DNA of 54,975 nt from Candidatus Wildermuthbacteria bacterium. GTDB lineage: Bacteria; Patescibacteriota; Minisyncoccia; Minisyncoccales; UBA10102. Numbering within the stretch: position 1 is the stretch's first letter; each line of letters begins with the position of its first letter. The DNA lies in contig JACPMK010000002.1 in assembly GCA_016186115.1 (NCBI GenBank), positions 340,323 to 395,297 on the forward strand, read 5' to 3'. The notes beneath the pieces were generated by a model, which was not told the origin of the DNA, ran no database searches, and saw nothing but the letters and a program-made list of their open reading frames with translations. A program made the position numbers and the translations under genes. This document shows, piece by piece, positions 21,741 to 31,509 of this stretch.

Positions 21741-22615
21741 ATATTGAGGGTGAAGTCGAGAATGGGATCAAGGCCGGAGAAATCGCTATTGTCGCAGGGA
21801 AGAGCGTCGCGATCAAAGGCCAGAGCGCCCGAATCCCTGCTTTCCAGCAGCGTCCCAAAATGAATATAGCCCTGTTCTTGGCATATATAGTAGAGATAAT
21901 TCTGTCCATTGAACTCGTCTTTTAACGCGCCTTGGTAGCCGGCAGAAGATAAATCTTCCAGACGAACCGGATAAACACCGCGCTCTTTTTGGTGGCCAAT
22001 GAGCGCGGCGGTTAATTGTGTTATTGCTTCGGTTCGTTGGGTGTCGCGATCCAAACGTTTTTGCTCAAGATAGTTGCGATTTGCAACCAAAAAGAAGGCG
22101 ACTCCCACGAACAAAAGAAATGCCGAAGATAAAACAATGTCTTTTTTTAGTGCGATGGGACGGGGCTGCTCGAGCTTTGGAACAGAGATCTCATCGAGCC
22201 AAATAATCCCAAACATAAACAAAATAACTCCCAAAAGGAACGCTGCTCCCCCACCCATGGCATAACGCCATTGGCCAAGAGATTGAGTTAGTGTGCCGAA
22301 GGCCAAAAAGATTATCAAAAATCCGATCATCCCGACCGCGACAAGCGAAATCGCCAGATGCCGCACTTCGGGGTCTGCAACTTGAGTTTTCTTTTTGAGA
22401 AATCGAACCGCGATCCGCAATCCCACAAGATGCGAAGCTAATGCCGCTAGGATGCTTAGTGAAAAGAAAATACTCCAATGAAGCTGCAGCGCCTTGGGAG
22501 AAAATGTGTCAAATAAAAATTTGGCGAGCATTATTAAAACAAACCCTAAGACTATTCCAGTTACAAGAGTTATTACCCATAGAAAGAATACAAACCATAT
22601 ATATGATTTTGGCAT
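21728..22615 (-). CDS. Polytopic membrane protein with C-terminal GspG/pilin-like domain
   Basis: 5 TM segments, then RDTQRTEAITQLTAAL...GVYPVRLEDL...YLY. Confidence 0.6.
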   Translation of the reverse strand: MPKSYIWFVFFLWVITLVTGIVLGFVLIMLAKFLFDTFSPKALQLHWSIFFSLSILAALASHLVGLRIAVRFLKKKTQVADPEVRHLAISLVAVGMIGFLIIFLAFGTLTQSLGQWRYAMGGGAAFLLGVILFMFGIIWLDEISVPKLEQPRPIALKKDIVLSSAFLLFVGVAFFLVANRNYLEQKRLDRDTQRTEAITQLTAALIGHQKERGVYPVRLEDLSSAGYQGALKDEFNGQNYLYYICQEQGYIHFGTLLESRDSGALAFDRDALPCDNSDFSGLDPILDFTLNMKEV

Positions 22616-22710
22616 AGATGTTCTTATTGAGTGCGAAATATAAATTTTGAAAATTACTTACTGCGTATAAAATAATTGTAGAAGAAAACAGGACAAAGAA
22701 AAAGTTTCCT

Positions 22711-22742
22711 AAAAAGAAATACCCCTTGTAAGGGGTATTTCT
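22711..22742 (-). terminator. Intrinsic terminator after the major pilin gene
   Basis: agaaatacccctt-gt-aaggggtatttct followed by a U-run on the minus strand. Confidence 0.85.
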
Positions 22743-22766
22743 AAACTTATGCGACTACGAGATACA

Positions 22767-23285
22767 TTACGGTGTTGTGTCGCACGCCTGACCAAGCGTT
22801 CCTCCAGTTGCCTGGTTGACAGCAAATACCGCCTTGCCTCCCATGCCAGCTGTTCCGTTCTCCATCCAGAAACAAACTTGCCAATTAGCCAGGGTAGGAG
22901 CTGCTACGCCATTCTGGGCGCCGATCGAATATTCACATCCAGCAACGCTCGCATCTGTACATACGGCTGCAGCGCCAAACCGAGGATCTTCGAAAGGTGT
23001 GGTATTAAATAACGATATATCACCCGGACCAGTACAGCTTTGCACCGGATCCATCGCAGCAGCTGTGTTACATCCGGTTAATGCTGCTGTAGATTCAAAT
23101 CCCTCTGCTTGTAGAATCAAGGCCATCTGTCTTATGTCAGATACTCTCTCTCCGTCACGAGCGCGGCCTTGGATGCCGGTGAATGATACCAACACGATTC
23201 CAGCCAAGATACCGATGATGGCGATTACCACAAGCAACTCGATGAGTGTGAAACCAGTCGTATGCTTTCTTAATCGTTCAATCAT
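22767..23285 (-). CDS. pilA: Type IV pilin, probable major pilin
   Basis: TG|FTLIELLVVIAIIGILAG..ARDGERVSD; has its own promoter and terminator; ATG 23285. Confidence 0.85.
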   Translation of the reverse strand: MIERLRKHTTGFTLIELLVVIAIIGILAGIVLVSFTGIQGRARDGERVSDIRQMALILQAEGFESTAALTGCNTAAAMDPVQSCTGPGDISLFNTTPFEDPRFGAAAVCTDASVAGCEYSIGAQNGVAAPTLANWQVCFWMENGTAGMGGKAVFAVNQATGGTLGQACDTTP

Positions 23286-23410
23286 GAATTCCAATTATTT
23301 TTTGATTTCTTATATATAAAAGACCTTTGGTTTGTATTGACCTTTTAACCACTAATTCATCTCTTCTTTATTATACACAATTGGCAATACTCTACCCTGT
23401 GGAAAACTTT

Positions 23411-24625
23411 TTAATATACCGAGGTAAGCGTTTGATACAGAGGAAGCAATATCGAAGCCATAACTCCTGCGACAATCAAGCCAAGGAAAATGATCAGGAA
23501 TGGCTCAAGCAAAGTAAGCAGGTTATCAACAATGCGATTCACCTCGTTGCGGTAAAAACCCACAATCCCATTCAATGTTGAATCCAAAGAACCGGATTGC
23601 TCGCCCACATAGACCATCTGCGTAAACACGGGCGGAAATTCATTGGGATAGCGGTCGAGCACCGAGCTGATTGACTCGCCTTGTCTGACTGCTTCGGTTG
23701 CTGATTTGATGATTTCTTTATAGCGAACATCGCCAACCACCTGCCCGGTAATTTCCAGAGCCGGAACAATGGGAATGCCTGCGCCAATTAATGTTGCCAA
23801 ATTTTCGGCAAAGCGCGCAATATAGGTGAGCTGCATCATACGGGAAATAACAGGGACTTTCGACTTGATTTTACTATATATTCTCTCGCCCGCAGGAGAA
23901 CGTTTCAATTGGAAAAGAGCAACGATGGCGCCAATCATTGCTCCGAAAATAATCCACCACCAGCTCTGCACAAAATAAGTGAACCAGATCACAAATTTTG
24001 TTGCCAAGGGCAGATTCGTTGTGCCTGCTTCGGTCACAACCTGAAGGATATTGGGTATAACAAAAAAGACCATTAAGGTTACAACAATGACAACTGCCAC
24101 CAGAATAAACGCCGGGTAAATCATTGCTCCCCTCACTTTGCTCGTAAGCTCGTACTCGCGCTCCAGGTGGTCTGCCAAGTATTGCAAAACATCAGAAAGT
24201 TTTCCCGAGGCCTCGCCGCTCTGCACCATACTGATATAAAAAGAAGAGAAAAGCGCTTTGTGCTTGGCAAGGGATTTGGAAAAGGCAATACCTCCTTCCA
24301 CATCTTCCTCAATTTTCATTATTTTTTCTTTGAAGGTTCTCTTTTTGGTTTGAGAAGCCAAGGTATGCAAGGCCTCGATAATAGGAACTTGGGACCTGAC
24401 CATAACCGCAAGCTGCCGCGAAAAAATCATGACATCTTTTACCGATGGCTTGTTAAAAAATTCGATATCTTTTGCGTAGACCGGCCGCTTACTTTCGAGC
24501 TGCAGCCCAGTTACATACAAGCCATAGCGATGCAATAAATCCAATGCACCCTCTTCGGAAGAGGCCTCAATAACTCCCTCGCGAAAATCCCCTTTTTGAT
24601 CTCGTGCTTGGTAGGTAAATTGCAT
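23411..24625 (-). CDS. pilC: Type IV pilus platform protein (GspF/PilC)
   Basis: SRQLAVM, GEASGKL, AMIYP, GEQSGSLD, LLEP. Confidence 0.95.
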   Translation of the reverse strand: MQFTYQARDQKGDFREGVIEASSEEGALDLLHRYGLYVTGLQLESKRPVYAKDIEFFNKPSVKDVMIFSRQLAVMVRSQVPIIEALHTLASQTKKRTFKEKIMKIEEDVEGGIAFSKSLAKHKALFSSFYISMVQSGEASGKLSDVLQYLADHLEREYELTSKVRGAMIYPAFILVAVVIVVTLMVFFVIPNILQVVTEAGTTNLPLATKFVIWFTYFVQSWWWIIFGAMIGAIVALFQLKRSPAGERIYSKIKSKVPVISRMMQLTYIARFAENLATLIGAGIPIVPALEITGQVVGDVRYKEIIKSATEAVRQGESISSVLDRYPNEFPPVFTQMVYVGEQSGSLDSTLNGIVGFYRNEVNRIVDNLLTLLEPFLIIFLGLIVAGVMASILLPLYQTLTSVY

Positions 24626-24637
24626 AATGGCATACTA

Positions 24638-25711
24638 CTAGGAGTGTCCAACCAACTTTCGCAAACTTCCGGGATCTGATGCATAGATAAACGCATTCTC
24701 AAGAGTTACTTCTCTTTTGCGCACTAAATCGGCAAGCGCACGATCCAAAGAGACCATTCCTTTTTCTGCGGAAGTATCGATCACAAATGACACCTCATGC
24801 ACTTTATTTTCGCGAATTAAATTCGACACTGCGGGATTGGCAAGCAACACCTCAACTGCCGGGATTAACCCTCCCTTGATACGGGGAACCAAACGCTGCG
24901 CGACAATTCCAGACAAAGAGGTTGAGAGCTGGGCCCTAATTTGGGTTTGCTGTTCCGCAGGAAAAGAATCAACAATACGGTGAATGGTTTGCGCGGCAGA
25001 GTTCGTATGAAGCGTGGCAAACACAAGATGGCCGGTTTCGGCAGCAGTAATAGCAGTTGAAATTGTCTCGGGATCTCTCATCTCGCCCACCATAATGACA
25101 TCGGGGTCCTGGCGAAAGGTGGCGCGCAAGGCGCGGGAAAAACTAAGGGCATCCTGATATACTTCGCGCTGATCAATGATTGCCTGATCCGGCGTGAACA
25201 CGTATTCGATAGGGTCTTCAATGGTAATAATGTGAGAGGATCGCGTATGATTGATCTCATCAATAAGCGCAGCAAGCGTGGTGGATTTTCCATGGCTCGA
25301 GGGACCAGTAATCAAAACAAACCCCTGTTTTAAGGTAGCGAACTGGTGAAGAATCGGCGGAAGGTTGAGTTCTTCAACGGTACGAATTTCACTGGGAACC
25401 AAACGCAGAGCAACGCTGATGTCGCCTTTCTGATAAAAAATATTGACGCGGAAACGCGCCTTATCTTCAAAACGGTACGAAAAATCAACATCTTTCTCTT
25501 GTAGAAACCGCTCTTTGAGCTCTTCGGACATTAGGGCAAAAGCGAGGTCCTGAACATCTTGAGCTGAAAGCGCTCCCCTTTTGGGCAGAGGGACAAGCGC
25601 CCTTGCGATACGCACAATAGGAGGATGCCCCGGCGACAAATGCAAGTCAGATGCATTACTGTCAATCGTCATCTGCAAAAACTCCTGAAGTTTTTTTGCT
25701 GGGTCGGTCAT
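24638..25711 (-). CDS. pilT: Twitching motility retraction ATPase
   Basis: ASDLHL, Walker A GKST, RQDPDVIMVGEMRD, AAETGHLVFATLHT, AVSNLIRE. Confidence 0.95.
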   Translation of the reverse strand: MTDPAKKLQEFLQMTIDSNASDLHLSPGHPPIVRIARALVPLPKRGALSAQDVQDLAFALMSEELKERFLQEKDVDFSYRFEDKARFRVNIFYQKGDISVALRLVPSEIRTVEELNLPPILHQFATLKQGFVLITGPSSHGKSTTLAALIDEINHTRSSHIITIEDPIEYVFTPDQAIIDQREVYQDALSFSRALRATFRQDPDVIMVGEMRDPETISTAITAAETGHLVFATLHTNSAAQTIHRIVDSFPAEQQTQIRAQLSTSLSGIVAQRLVPRIKGGLIPAVEVLLANPAVSNLIRENKVHEVSFVIDTSAEKGMVSLDRALADLVRKREVTLENAFIYASDPGSLRKLVGHS

Positions 25712-26076
25712 ACATTTAGTTCTTTTTTTACTTCTTCGACGATTTGGCTCGGGGTATAGTGGGCCTTGATCAAATATTTACTCGCGCCAAGCGACAATCC
25801 CTTTTCCACCTCTTCCTTTTGGGACAGATTCGAAAGCACAACTACTTTCAGGCCTTTCAACTTTTCATCCTTTCGTATCATCTCGAGAAATTGCCAGCCG
25901 TCGAAATTAGGCAATACAATATCGAGCAGAACAAGATCGGGTGCCCCCTTCTCAATTTTACGCACCGCCTCTTCGCCATCCTCTGCCACCTCCACTGTAA
26001 ACTCCGCTTCCTTAAGCTTTGTGCTGTAGATATCTATCAGCAACGGATCGTCTTCTACTAATAAGATATGCTTCAT
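25708..26076 (-). CDS. Single-domain response regulator receiver
   Basis: LLVEDD, PDLVLLDIVLP, YLIK. Confidence 0.93.
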   Translation of the reverse strand: MKHILLVEDDPLLIDIYSTKLKEAEFTVEVAEDGEEAVRKIEKGAPDLVLLDIVLPNFDGWQFLEMIRKDEKLKGLKVVVLSNLSQKEEVEKGLSLGASKYLIKAHYTPSQIVEEVKKELNV

Positions 26077-26097
26077 ATAAAGTATAATGCTAATCTA

Positions 26098-27828
26098 CTA
26101 TTTGCTTTCTTGGGCTACCTGCAGAATTTCTTCAATGGTTGTGACGCCATCTAATACCTTTGCGACTCCATCCTGCATCATGTTGACCATGCCCTGACGC
26201 TTTGCCTCTTCGGCAACTCGTGCCTCGGTGGGGTCAGAAAGCACAATTTCAGCCAAAGAATCGGTCATGGATATCACCTCGAAAATGCCGATGCGCCCTG
26301 CGTATCCCGAAGAACCGCAGCGTTTACACCCTTTGGGTTTATATATCTTGAGATCTGCCAAGTGAGGCGCAAAGCGTTTTTGCAAATCAGCAGGAGCTCC
26401 CTCCATGACCCGCACGATAAGTTCCTTGATCGCCTTGGACGGTTTTATTTGCTCTCTGCAATCCGGACAAAGTTTTCGTATCAAACGCTGGGCCATGCCT
26501 GCGGCAAGTGTGACAGGAAGCAGATATTTCTCTACTCCCATATCAACCAAACGCGGCACAATCCCAAAAGCATTATTCGTGTGCAGCGTGGAAAGCACAA
26601 GGTGCCCCGTGAGAGCAGAGTGAATCACGAGAGAGGCGGTCTCGCTGTCTCGCACCTCACCCACCATAATAATATCAGGGTCTTGGCGCAAAATCTGGCG
26701 TAATCCCTGCGCAAAGTCGTAATTAATTTCAGGCCGTACCTGCGACTGGTTCATCCCCTGAATAAGATACTCTACCGGATCCTCCAAACTCACGATATTT
26801 ACATCTTCTTCATTGAGCTGCCGAAGCATGGTGTAAAGAGTCGTGGTTTTTCCGGAACCTGTCGGGCCTGTCACAAGAATCAATCCATAGGGCTTTTTCA
26901 TGGCAACTTGCACCTTTTCAAGATTCGAGCCCTCAAGCCCAAGTTCTTCAAAATTTCGCAATCCTGCTTCGGGATCCAAGATACGGAGAGCGACTTTTTC
27001 GCCCAAAGCCGTGGGAAATGTTGCTACGCGGAAATCCACATTGCGATCATCAATGGTCATCGAGAATCTTCCATCTTGGGGAACGCGCGTTTCGTCGATT
27101 TTCAAATTGGAAAGAATTTTAATGCGCGCGATCACTGCTGCATGCACCCGCATCGGCAGAAATAAAGAGGAGTGCAAATCGCCCATAAAACGGAACCGCA
27201 CCCGCAAGTTCTCTTTGCTCGGCTCAATGTGAATATCCGATGCCCCTCCTTCAACTGCGTTTCGCACAATGACGGCAACCATTTTGGTGATAGGCGCCTC
27301 TTCTACCAGCCGCGTGAATGCTTCCTGTTTCTTTTCTTTGATGGCCTTCTGTTTTTTCATTTCTTCTTCCAACTCCTGCAGGGCGCGTTTCATTTCGCCC
27401 TTGAGCCCCCGATATTGCTTCATCAAGGCCTCAAAAGTGCTCGGTGTAATCAGAGAAATGGTATAGATAAAATTTGCCTGTCTTGAGAGAAACTGCAAAG
27501 CGCCCAAAGCTGTCAAGTCCTTGGGATAGACCATTCCTATTTCCAATTTTTTTCCGTCGAGCGCTAAAGGCGCAATTTTATAGTAGCGGGCCGAATCCTC
27601 GGAAATTAACTGCAAGGCCTTAAAGGGAACGTCTTGCACTTCCACGCGGCGGATAGGCATTTTAAGCATCTCGCTCTCTGCCTGAAAAAGTGCTTCCTCG
27701 TCAACAATCTCATTCTCTAAAATAACCTCTTCCGGCTTTTTTCCGGATGATTCTGCTTCTGTCGAAATCCGCTTGGCCTTTTCTTCGTCAAGAATATTTT
27801 TTTGGATGAGGAAATCAATGATGTCCAT
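26098..27828 (-). CDS. pilB: Type IV pilus assembly ATPase (GspE/PilB)
   Basis: ASDIHIEP, PQDGR, GPTGSGKTT, tetracysteine motif, GRIGIFE. Confidence 0.95.
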   Translation of the reverse strand: MDIIDFLIQKNILDEEKAKRISTEAESSGKKPEEVILENEIVDEEALFQAESEMLKMPIRRVEVQDVPFKALQLISEDSARYYKIAPLALDGKKLEIGMVYPKDLTALGALQFLSRQANFIYTISLITPSTFEALMKQYRGLKGEMKRALQELEEEMKKQKAIKEKKQEAFTRLVEEAPITKMVAVIVRNAVEGGASDIHIEPSKENLRVRFRFMGDLHSSLFLPMRVHAAVIARIKILSNLKIDETRVPQDGRFSMTIDDRNVDFRVATFPTALGEKVALRILDPEAGLRNFEELGLEGSNLEKVQVAMKKPYGLILVTGPTGSGKTTTLYTMLRQLNEEDVNIVSLEDPVEYLIQGMNQSQVRPEINYDFAQGLRQILRQDPDIIMVGEVRDSETASLVIHSALTGHLVLSTLHTNNAFGIVPRLVDMGVEKYLLPVTLAAGMAQRLIRKLCPDCREQIKPSKAIKELIVRVMEGAPADLQKRFAPHLADLKIYKPKGCKRCGSSGYAGRIGIFEVISMTDSLAEIVLSDPTEARVAEEAKRQGMVNMMQDGVAKVLDGVTTIEEILQVAQESK

Positions 27829-27843
27829 AAAAAGATTTCCTTC

Positions 27844-28116
27844 CTAGGGCACAAAGGGATTGTCCTTGCCAATTTCTTCTGGCAAAGGAAATTGCGCCGA
27901 CGGAACCAAGATTATGCGATTCTTCAAAAGATCCTGCAATCCTTCTGTTTCAATAGAGATAGCCCTGCGGACAAACAAGGGCTGTGTTAACTCCTGCACT
28001 CCTGCGGTATTGATCTTTCCCTTTAAGAGGAAAGCAATCCACAGAAATCCCAAAGCTAGCAGCAGAAGAGGAAGGTATGCCTGGACGACGCGTCTTTGAA
28101 AGGAGAAAGTGGCCAT
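27844..28116 (-). CDS. Small TM protein, PilP-like position
   Basis: ATG 28116, TM helix, C-terminal GKDNPF; lies between pilO and pilB. Confidence 0.6.
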   Translation of the reverse strand: MATFSFQRRVVQAYLPLLLLALGFLWIAFLLKGKINTAGVQELTQPLFVRRAISIETEGLQDLLKNRIILVPSAQFPLPEEIGKDNPFVP

Positions 28117-28120
28117 ACAA

Positions 28121-28693
28121 TTAATACGAATGAGTAATAAGGGTAAGGTTAAATTGATAGATGGATTGCCCGGGCAATACTTGCGGCTGCGACTTGTCTT
28201 TTTCTGATGATTTTTCTCTTTCTTCCGGCGCAATTTCTATACTCTCCACATAAAAAATCTTTGCAGAGGATCTTAGGGTCTGCAGGAATGCCTTGAGCGA
28301 TTCATACGAACCCGTGAAAGAAAGATCGATTGCTATCTCTTTGAGCTGGCTCTGCGCGCCTTTCTCTGCTTTTGCGTCGGCAATAGAAATATCCTTTAAG
28401 ACCGACCCGCTCTGGGAAGCAATGCCCCGGAAAAAGTGATAAAGAAATGGCGTTTCCATGCCCTCGGGCAAAGCATAATCGATTTTTGCGAGCTCTTCTT
28501 TATATGAAGAAAGATTCTCATCTAATTGCGTGAGATTATCAAAGTATTGCTTTTTATTTTGAATGGACTGACGGATGTTTTCATTCGTTCTTCCCAAAAT
28601 GGTGTACTCGTTCCAGCCGGGAAGCACAAAAAAGAGAAGTCCCAGAAAGGAAACCCCGAATAAAATAGTTGCGATAAATAAGCGTCTATTCAT
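28121..28693 (-). CDS. pilO: Type IV pilus assembly protein PilO
   Basis: TM, coiled coil, ALP, GSYESLKAFL. Confidence 0.85.
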   Translation of the reverse strand: MNRRLFIATILFGVSFLGLLFFVLPGWNEYTILGRTNENIRQSIQNKKQYFDNLTQLDENLSSYKEELAKIDYALPEGMETPFLYHFFRGIASQSGSVLKDISIADAKAEKGAQSQLKEIAIDLSFTGSYESLKAFLQTLRSSAKIFYVESIEIAPEEREKSSEKDKSQPQVLPGQSIYQFNLTLITHSY

Positions 28694-29222
28694 TGAAGTT
28701 AAGGGGGAATTTTAAGATAGCGCCGAAGATTGCTTTTCCATCTTTATCCATTCCTATCCCTGAAAACTGCACCTCTTGCAGCTGATTATTTTTCTTTCGG
28801 TCCTCCAAAAGATACACCTGCTCTTGAAGAGTGAGGAAGTCCGTTGCCTCCCCCGAAATTGACACTTCCATTGCTTCCACGTCAATTATCGCACTGTTCA
28901 AAACCACGCCTTTGTGAATATTCCTTTCAAGCGCGGCGAGAAGAGGAAGAACATTCTTTTCTCCAGAGACAACCGTGCGATAGTCGTTAATCTTGCGTTT
29001 ATACCCCTGCATATTCTTTTCAAGATCGAGCTCTTTTTCTGAACCGGTCTGACGGAATTCTGCTTCCAGAGTACGGCTTTCTTTATCTCGGATACCGCCC
29101 AAATATTTTAAAATCCCGTAGGAAAAAAGCGTGACGACAAAAGCAATAATCGAAAGCACGAACATCGCCTTTATCCAAGGGATAGTCGCAAGAAGTGATT
29201 TTTTCTTTGGGATAATGTCCAT
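28686..29222 (-). CDS. pilN: PilN-like protein
   Basis: DIIP N-terminus, TM, coiled coil, ISGEA; lies between pilM and pilO. Confidence 0.7.
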   Translation of the reverse strand: MDIIPKKKSLLATIPWIKAMFVLSIIAFVVTLFSYGILKYLGGIRDKESRTLEAEFRQTGSEKELDLEKNMQGYKRKINDYRTVVSGEKNVLPLLAALERNIHKGVVLNSAIIDVEAMEVSISGEATDFLTLQEQVYLLEDRKKNNQLQEVQFSGIGMDKDGKAIFGAILKFPLNFNE

Positions 29223-29225
29223 ATA

Positions 29226-30320
29226 TTATTCAAACCCCCGAAGCGCCATGCCTGCTGCAATTGCGTAGGCGGGCCCCATTTTTTGAAGCGTCTCTTCCAA
29301 AATCGAGGGATAAAAAATATTCCGGAATGGCTGAACCAGCTCCACCGAGGGTTGCGAACCATTTTCCGCAGCTCCTGCAATCTCTGCGAAATGCTGCTGG
29401 AAATATTCCCGCAGACCGGGGAGCAAAGACGTTCCTCCTGCGATAACCATTTTTTCAATCGGCGTGTCATCAATTTCCCTGAAATTGCGCACCACCTTTT
29501 GGGTCTCCCGCCAGATTGATTCTGCCAACGGCAGCAGCAGCTCTACTGTTCCTGCTTTGAGCTGCAATCCCTTTTCCATCTTTAACTTCTCTGCCTCTTC
29601 AAATGAAACCTGTAAAGAGCTTGCGATTCTTTCGGAAATGGTATTTCCCGCAATATCGAAACTGTGGGAAATTCGTAGCGTACCCTTGGTCACAACGCTC
29701 ACGGTTGTGCTTTGAGCTCCTATGTCCATCATAATCACTCCTCCCTGTTCTTCGCTAGATACAGAGGAACGTAAAATCCCGAAAACCTCTGCCTCCAACG
29801 CCACCAAATTGAGGTTTGCGATCTTTGCAATGGTTTGATATTGCTGAATAACATCATTGGGCACTGCGGCCATTAAGATATTGAACCACCGGTAATCACT
29901 ATCTGGCTTTTGTACTACCTGCCAATCAAGAGTCACCTCTGACAAAGGAATCGGCACATGCCGCCGCGCCTCAAAAGTTACCGCGTTCGGAAGTTCTTGG
30001 GCAGTCATCGGCGGAAGTTTGAAATTGGTAAAAAATGTAGAAAAATCAGGGATAGAAAAAATTGCCTTCTTGGCGCGCATGTGCCCCTCCTGAATAATTG
30101 CGTCGATCGCTCGCGCAACTTCTTTGCCAGACAACACCAATGTGTTACGCTCAAAAGTACGGAAAGGAGTGCCGTAGAGAACTGCGCTTTTCAGTTCGCC
30201 GTAATTTTTAAGAGTTCTTCTTTCTCCCCAACCCGACAACTCCACTACTTTCACCGCGGAGGTGCCGACATCTATTCCAAGGAAATTTTTTGGGAAGAGC
30301 TTAAATTGTTGCAATATCAT
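29226..30320 (-). CDS. pilM: Type IV pilus assembly protein PilM
   Basis: LGIDVGTSAVKVVEL, MDIGAQST, AGGTSLLPGL, AAGMALRG. Confidence 0.95.
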   Translation of the reverse strand: MILQQFKLFPKNFLGIDVGTSAVKVVELSGWGERRTLKNYGELKSAVLYGTPFRTFERNTLVLSGKEVARAIDAIIQEGHMRAKKAIFSIPDFSTFFTNFKLPPMTAQELPNAVTFEARRHVPIPLSEVTLDWQVVQKPDSDYRWFNILMAAVPNDVIQQYQTIAKIANLNLVALEAEVFGILRSSVSSEEQGGVIMMDIGAQSTTVSVVTKGTLRISHSFDIAGNTISERIASSLQVSFEEAEKLKMEKGLQLKAGTVELLLPLAESIWRETQKVVRNFREIDDTPIEKMVIAGGTSLLPGLREYFQQHFAEIAGAAENGSQPSVELVQPFRNIFYPSILEETLQKMGPAYAIAAGMALRGFE

Positions 30321-30358
30321 TTTGTATCAAACGCCACGGCTATTACTTTCATAATAGA

Positions 30359-31048
30359 ATGAAACACAACTTTTGGGAACTGATAAAGAATATATTCCTC
30401 CCTGCATCTTGCATTGGCTGCGGCAAAATGGGAAGCGCCTTTTGCCGGGATTGCCTTGCGCTCATCTCCCTCAACAGAACCCCGGCATTATTTCCTGCGC
30501 CCTCTCATATCTCGGCGCTTTTCTTTGCAAGCTCCTATGAAAATCCACTTTTGCAAAAAGCAGTAAAAATTCTCAAGTATCCTCCCTTTAGTAAAGAAAT
30601 CGCAAAACATCTTGCTTTTCTTATTATAGCTCACCTTGCACTTGTGGACAAACCATTTCAATTCACAATCGGCAATTCTTTCAAAACCAAAGAGTGGGAC
30701 TACCTTTTTTGCCCAATTCCTTTGCACAAAAAGCGCCTCAAATGGCGCGGATTCAATCATGCCGAGGAAATCGCAAAGCATCTTGCTTTTGCTTCGAACA
30801 TACCTATGGCAACAGATATTCTTTTGAAAGTCAGGCACACCAAGCCGCAGGTGGATCTTGACGGAGAAGAAAGAAAAAGAAACGTACGCAATTGTTTTGC
30901 AACGGCACACCAAGAAAAAATTCAAGGAAAAACCATTTTCCTTGTGGACGACGTTTGCACCACGGGCGCAACCTTGGAAGAAGCCGCCCGTACATTAAAA
31001 CAAGCCGGAGCCCACAGGGTCTACGGTCTTGTTGTTGCGAGAGGATAG
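30359..31048 (+). CDS. comF: ComF family competence protein
   Basis: C..C..C..C N-terminus, RGFNHA, LVDDVCTTGATL. Confidence 0.93.
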   Translation: MKHNFWELIKNIFLPASCIGCGKMGSAFCRDCLALISLNRTPALFPAPSHISALFFASSYENPLLQKAVKILKYPPFSKEIAKHLAFLIIAHLALVDKPFQFTIGNSFKTKEWDYLFCPIPLHKKRLKWRGFNHAEEIAKHLAFASNIPMATDILLKVRHTKPQVDLDGEERKRNVRNCFATAHQEKIQGKTIFLVDDVCTTGATLEEAARTLKQAGAHRVYGLVVARG

Positions 31049-31051
31049 GTG

Positions 31052-31137
31052 CGGAAGCGGGAGGATTCGAACCTCCGAGGGTTATTCGCCCTGCCGGTTT
31101 TCAAAACCGGTGCATTCGTCCGCTCTGCCACGCTTCC
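31052..31137 (-). tRNA. tRNA-Ser(TGA)
   Basis: Acceptor GGAAGCG/CGCTTCC, anticodon arm CCGGT-TTTGAAA-ACCGG, long variable arm, GGTTCGAATCC; CCA not encoded. Confidence 0.95.
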
Positions 31138-31509
31138 TTACTCCCACGGATATTTCACCTCAAGCGTCTCAACTTGCTTTGGCGCAATTTTCAAGATTTT
31201 ATAGAGATATTTTCTCACTTTCTCGTAATCAAATGGTTTGCAAGAAAATATATCGATAAAGGCCTCCTGCGTATCAACAAAGGTATGAATCGAAACATGG
31301 GAAAAATCGATAATCTCAAAACCAGAAAATCCTTCGTGGCCCGTATCATAATCTTGTACAAGATTGGGGCCGGAAAGAATTTTCATATCGAGTATTGGCG
31401 GAATTTCAAGAAGCAGATTCAACACAAATTTTCCATCGCCAAGCAATTTCTTATTCACCCCAAACGCGTCGAAAATAATATGATAGGTTTTGGTATACTT
31501 CCGTTGCAT
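31138..31509 (-). CDS. speD: S-adenosylmethionine decarboxylase (SpeD/SpeH) family pyruvoyl proenzyme
   Basis: GFSGFEIIDFSHVSIHTF...IDIFSCKPFD. Confidence 0.75.
   Translation of the reverse strand: MQRKYTKTYHIIFDAFGVNKKLLGDGKFVLNLLLEIPPILDMKILSGPNLVQDYDTGHEGFSGFEIIDFSHVSIHTFVDTQEAFIDIFSCKPFDYEKVRKYLYKILKIAPKQVETLEVKYPWE

Noticed and set aside
25282..25305. PilT Walker A GPSSHGKS as a dead ATPase
   Set aside because: It still fits GxxxxGKS, and the Walker B, Asp and His boxes are intact.
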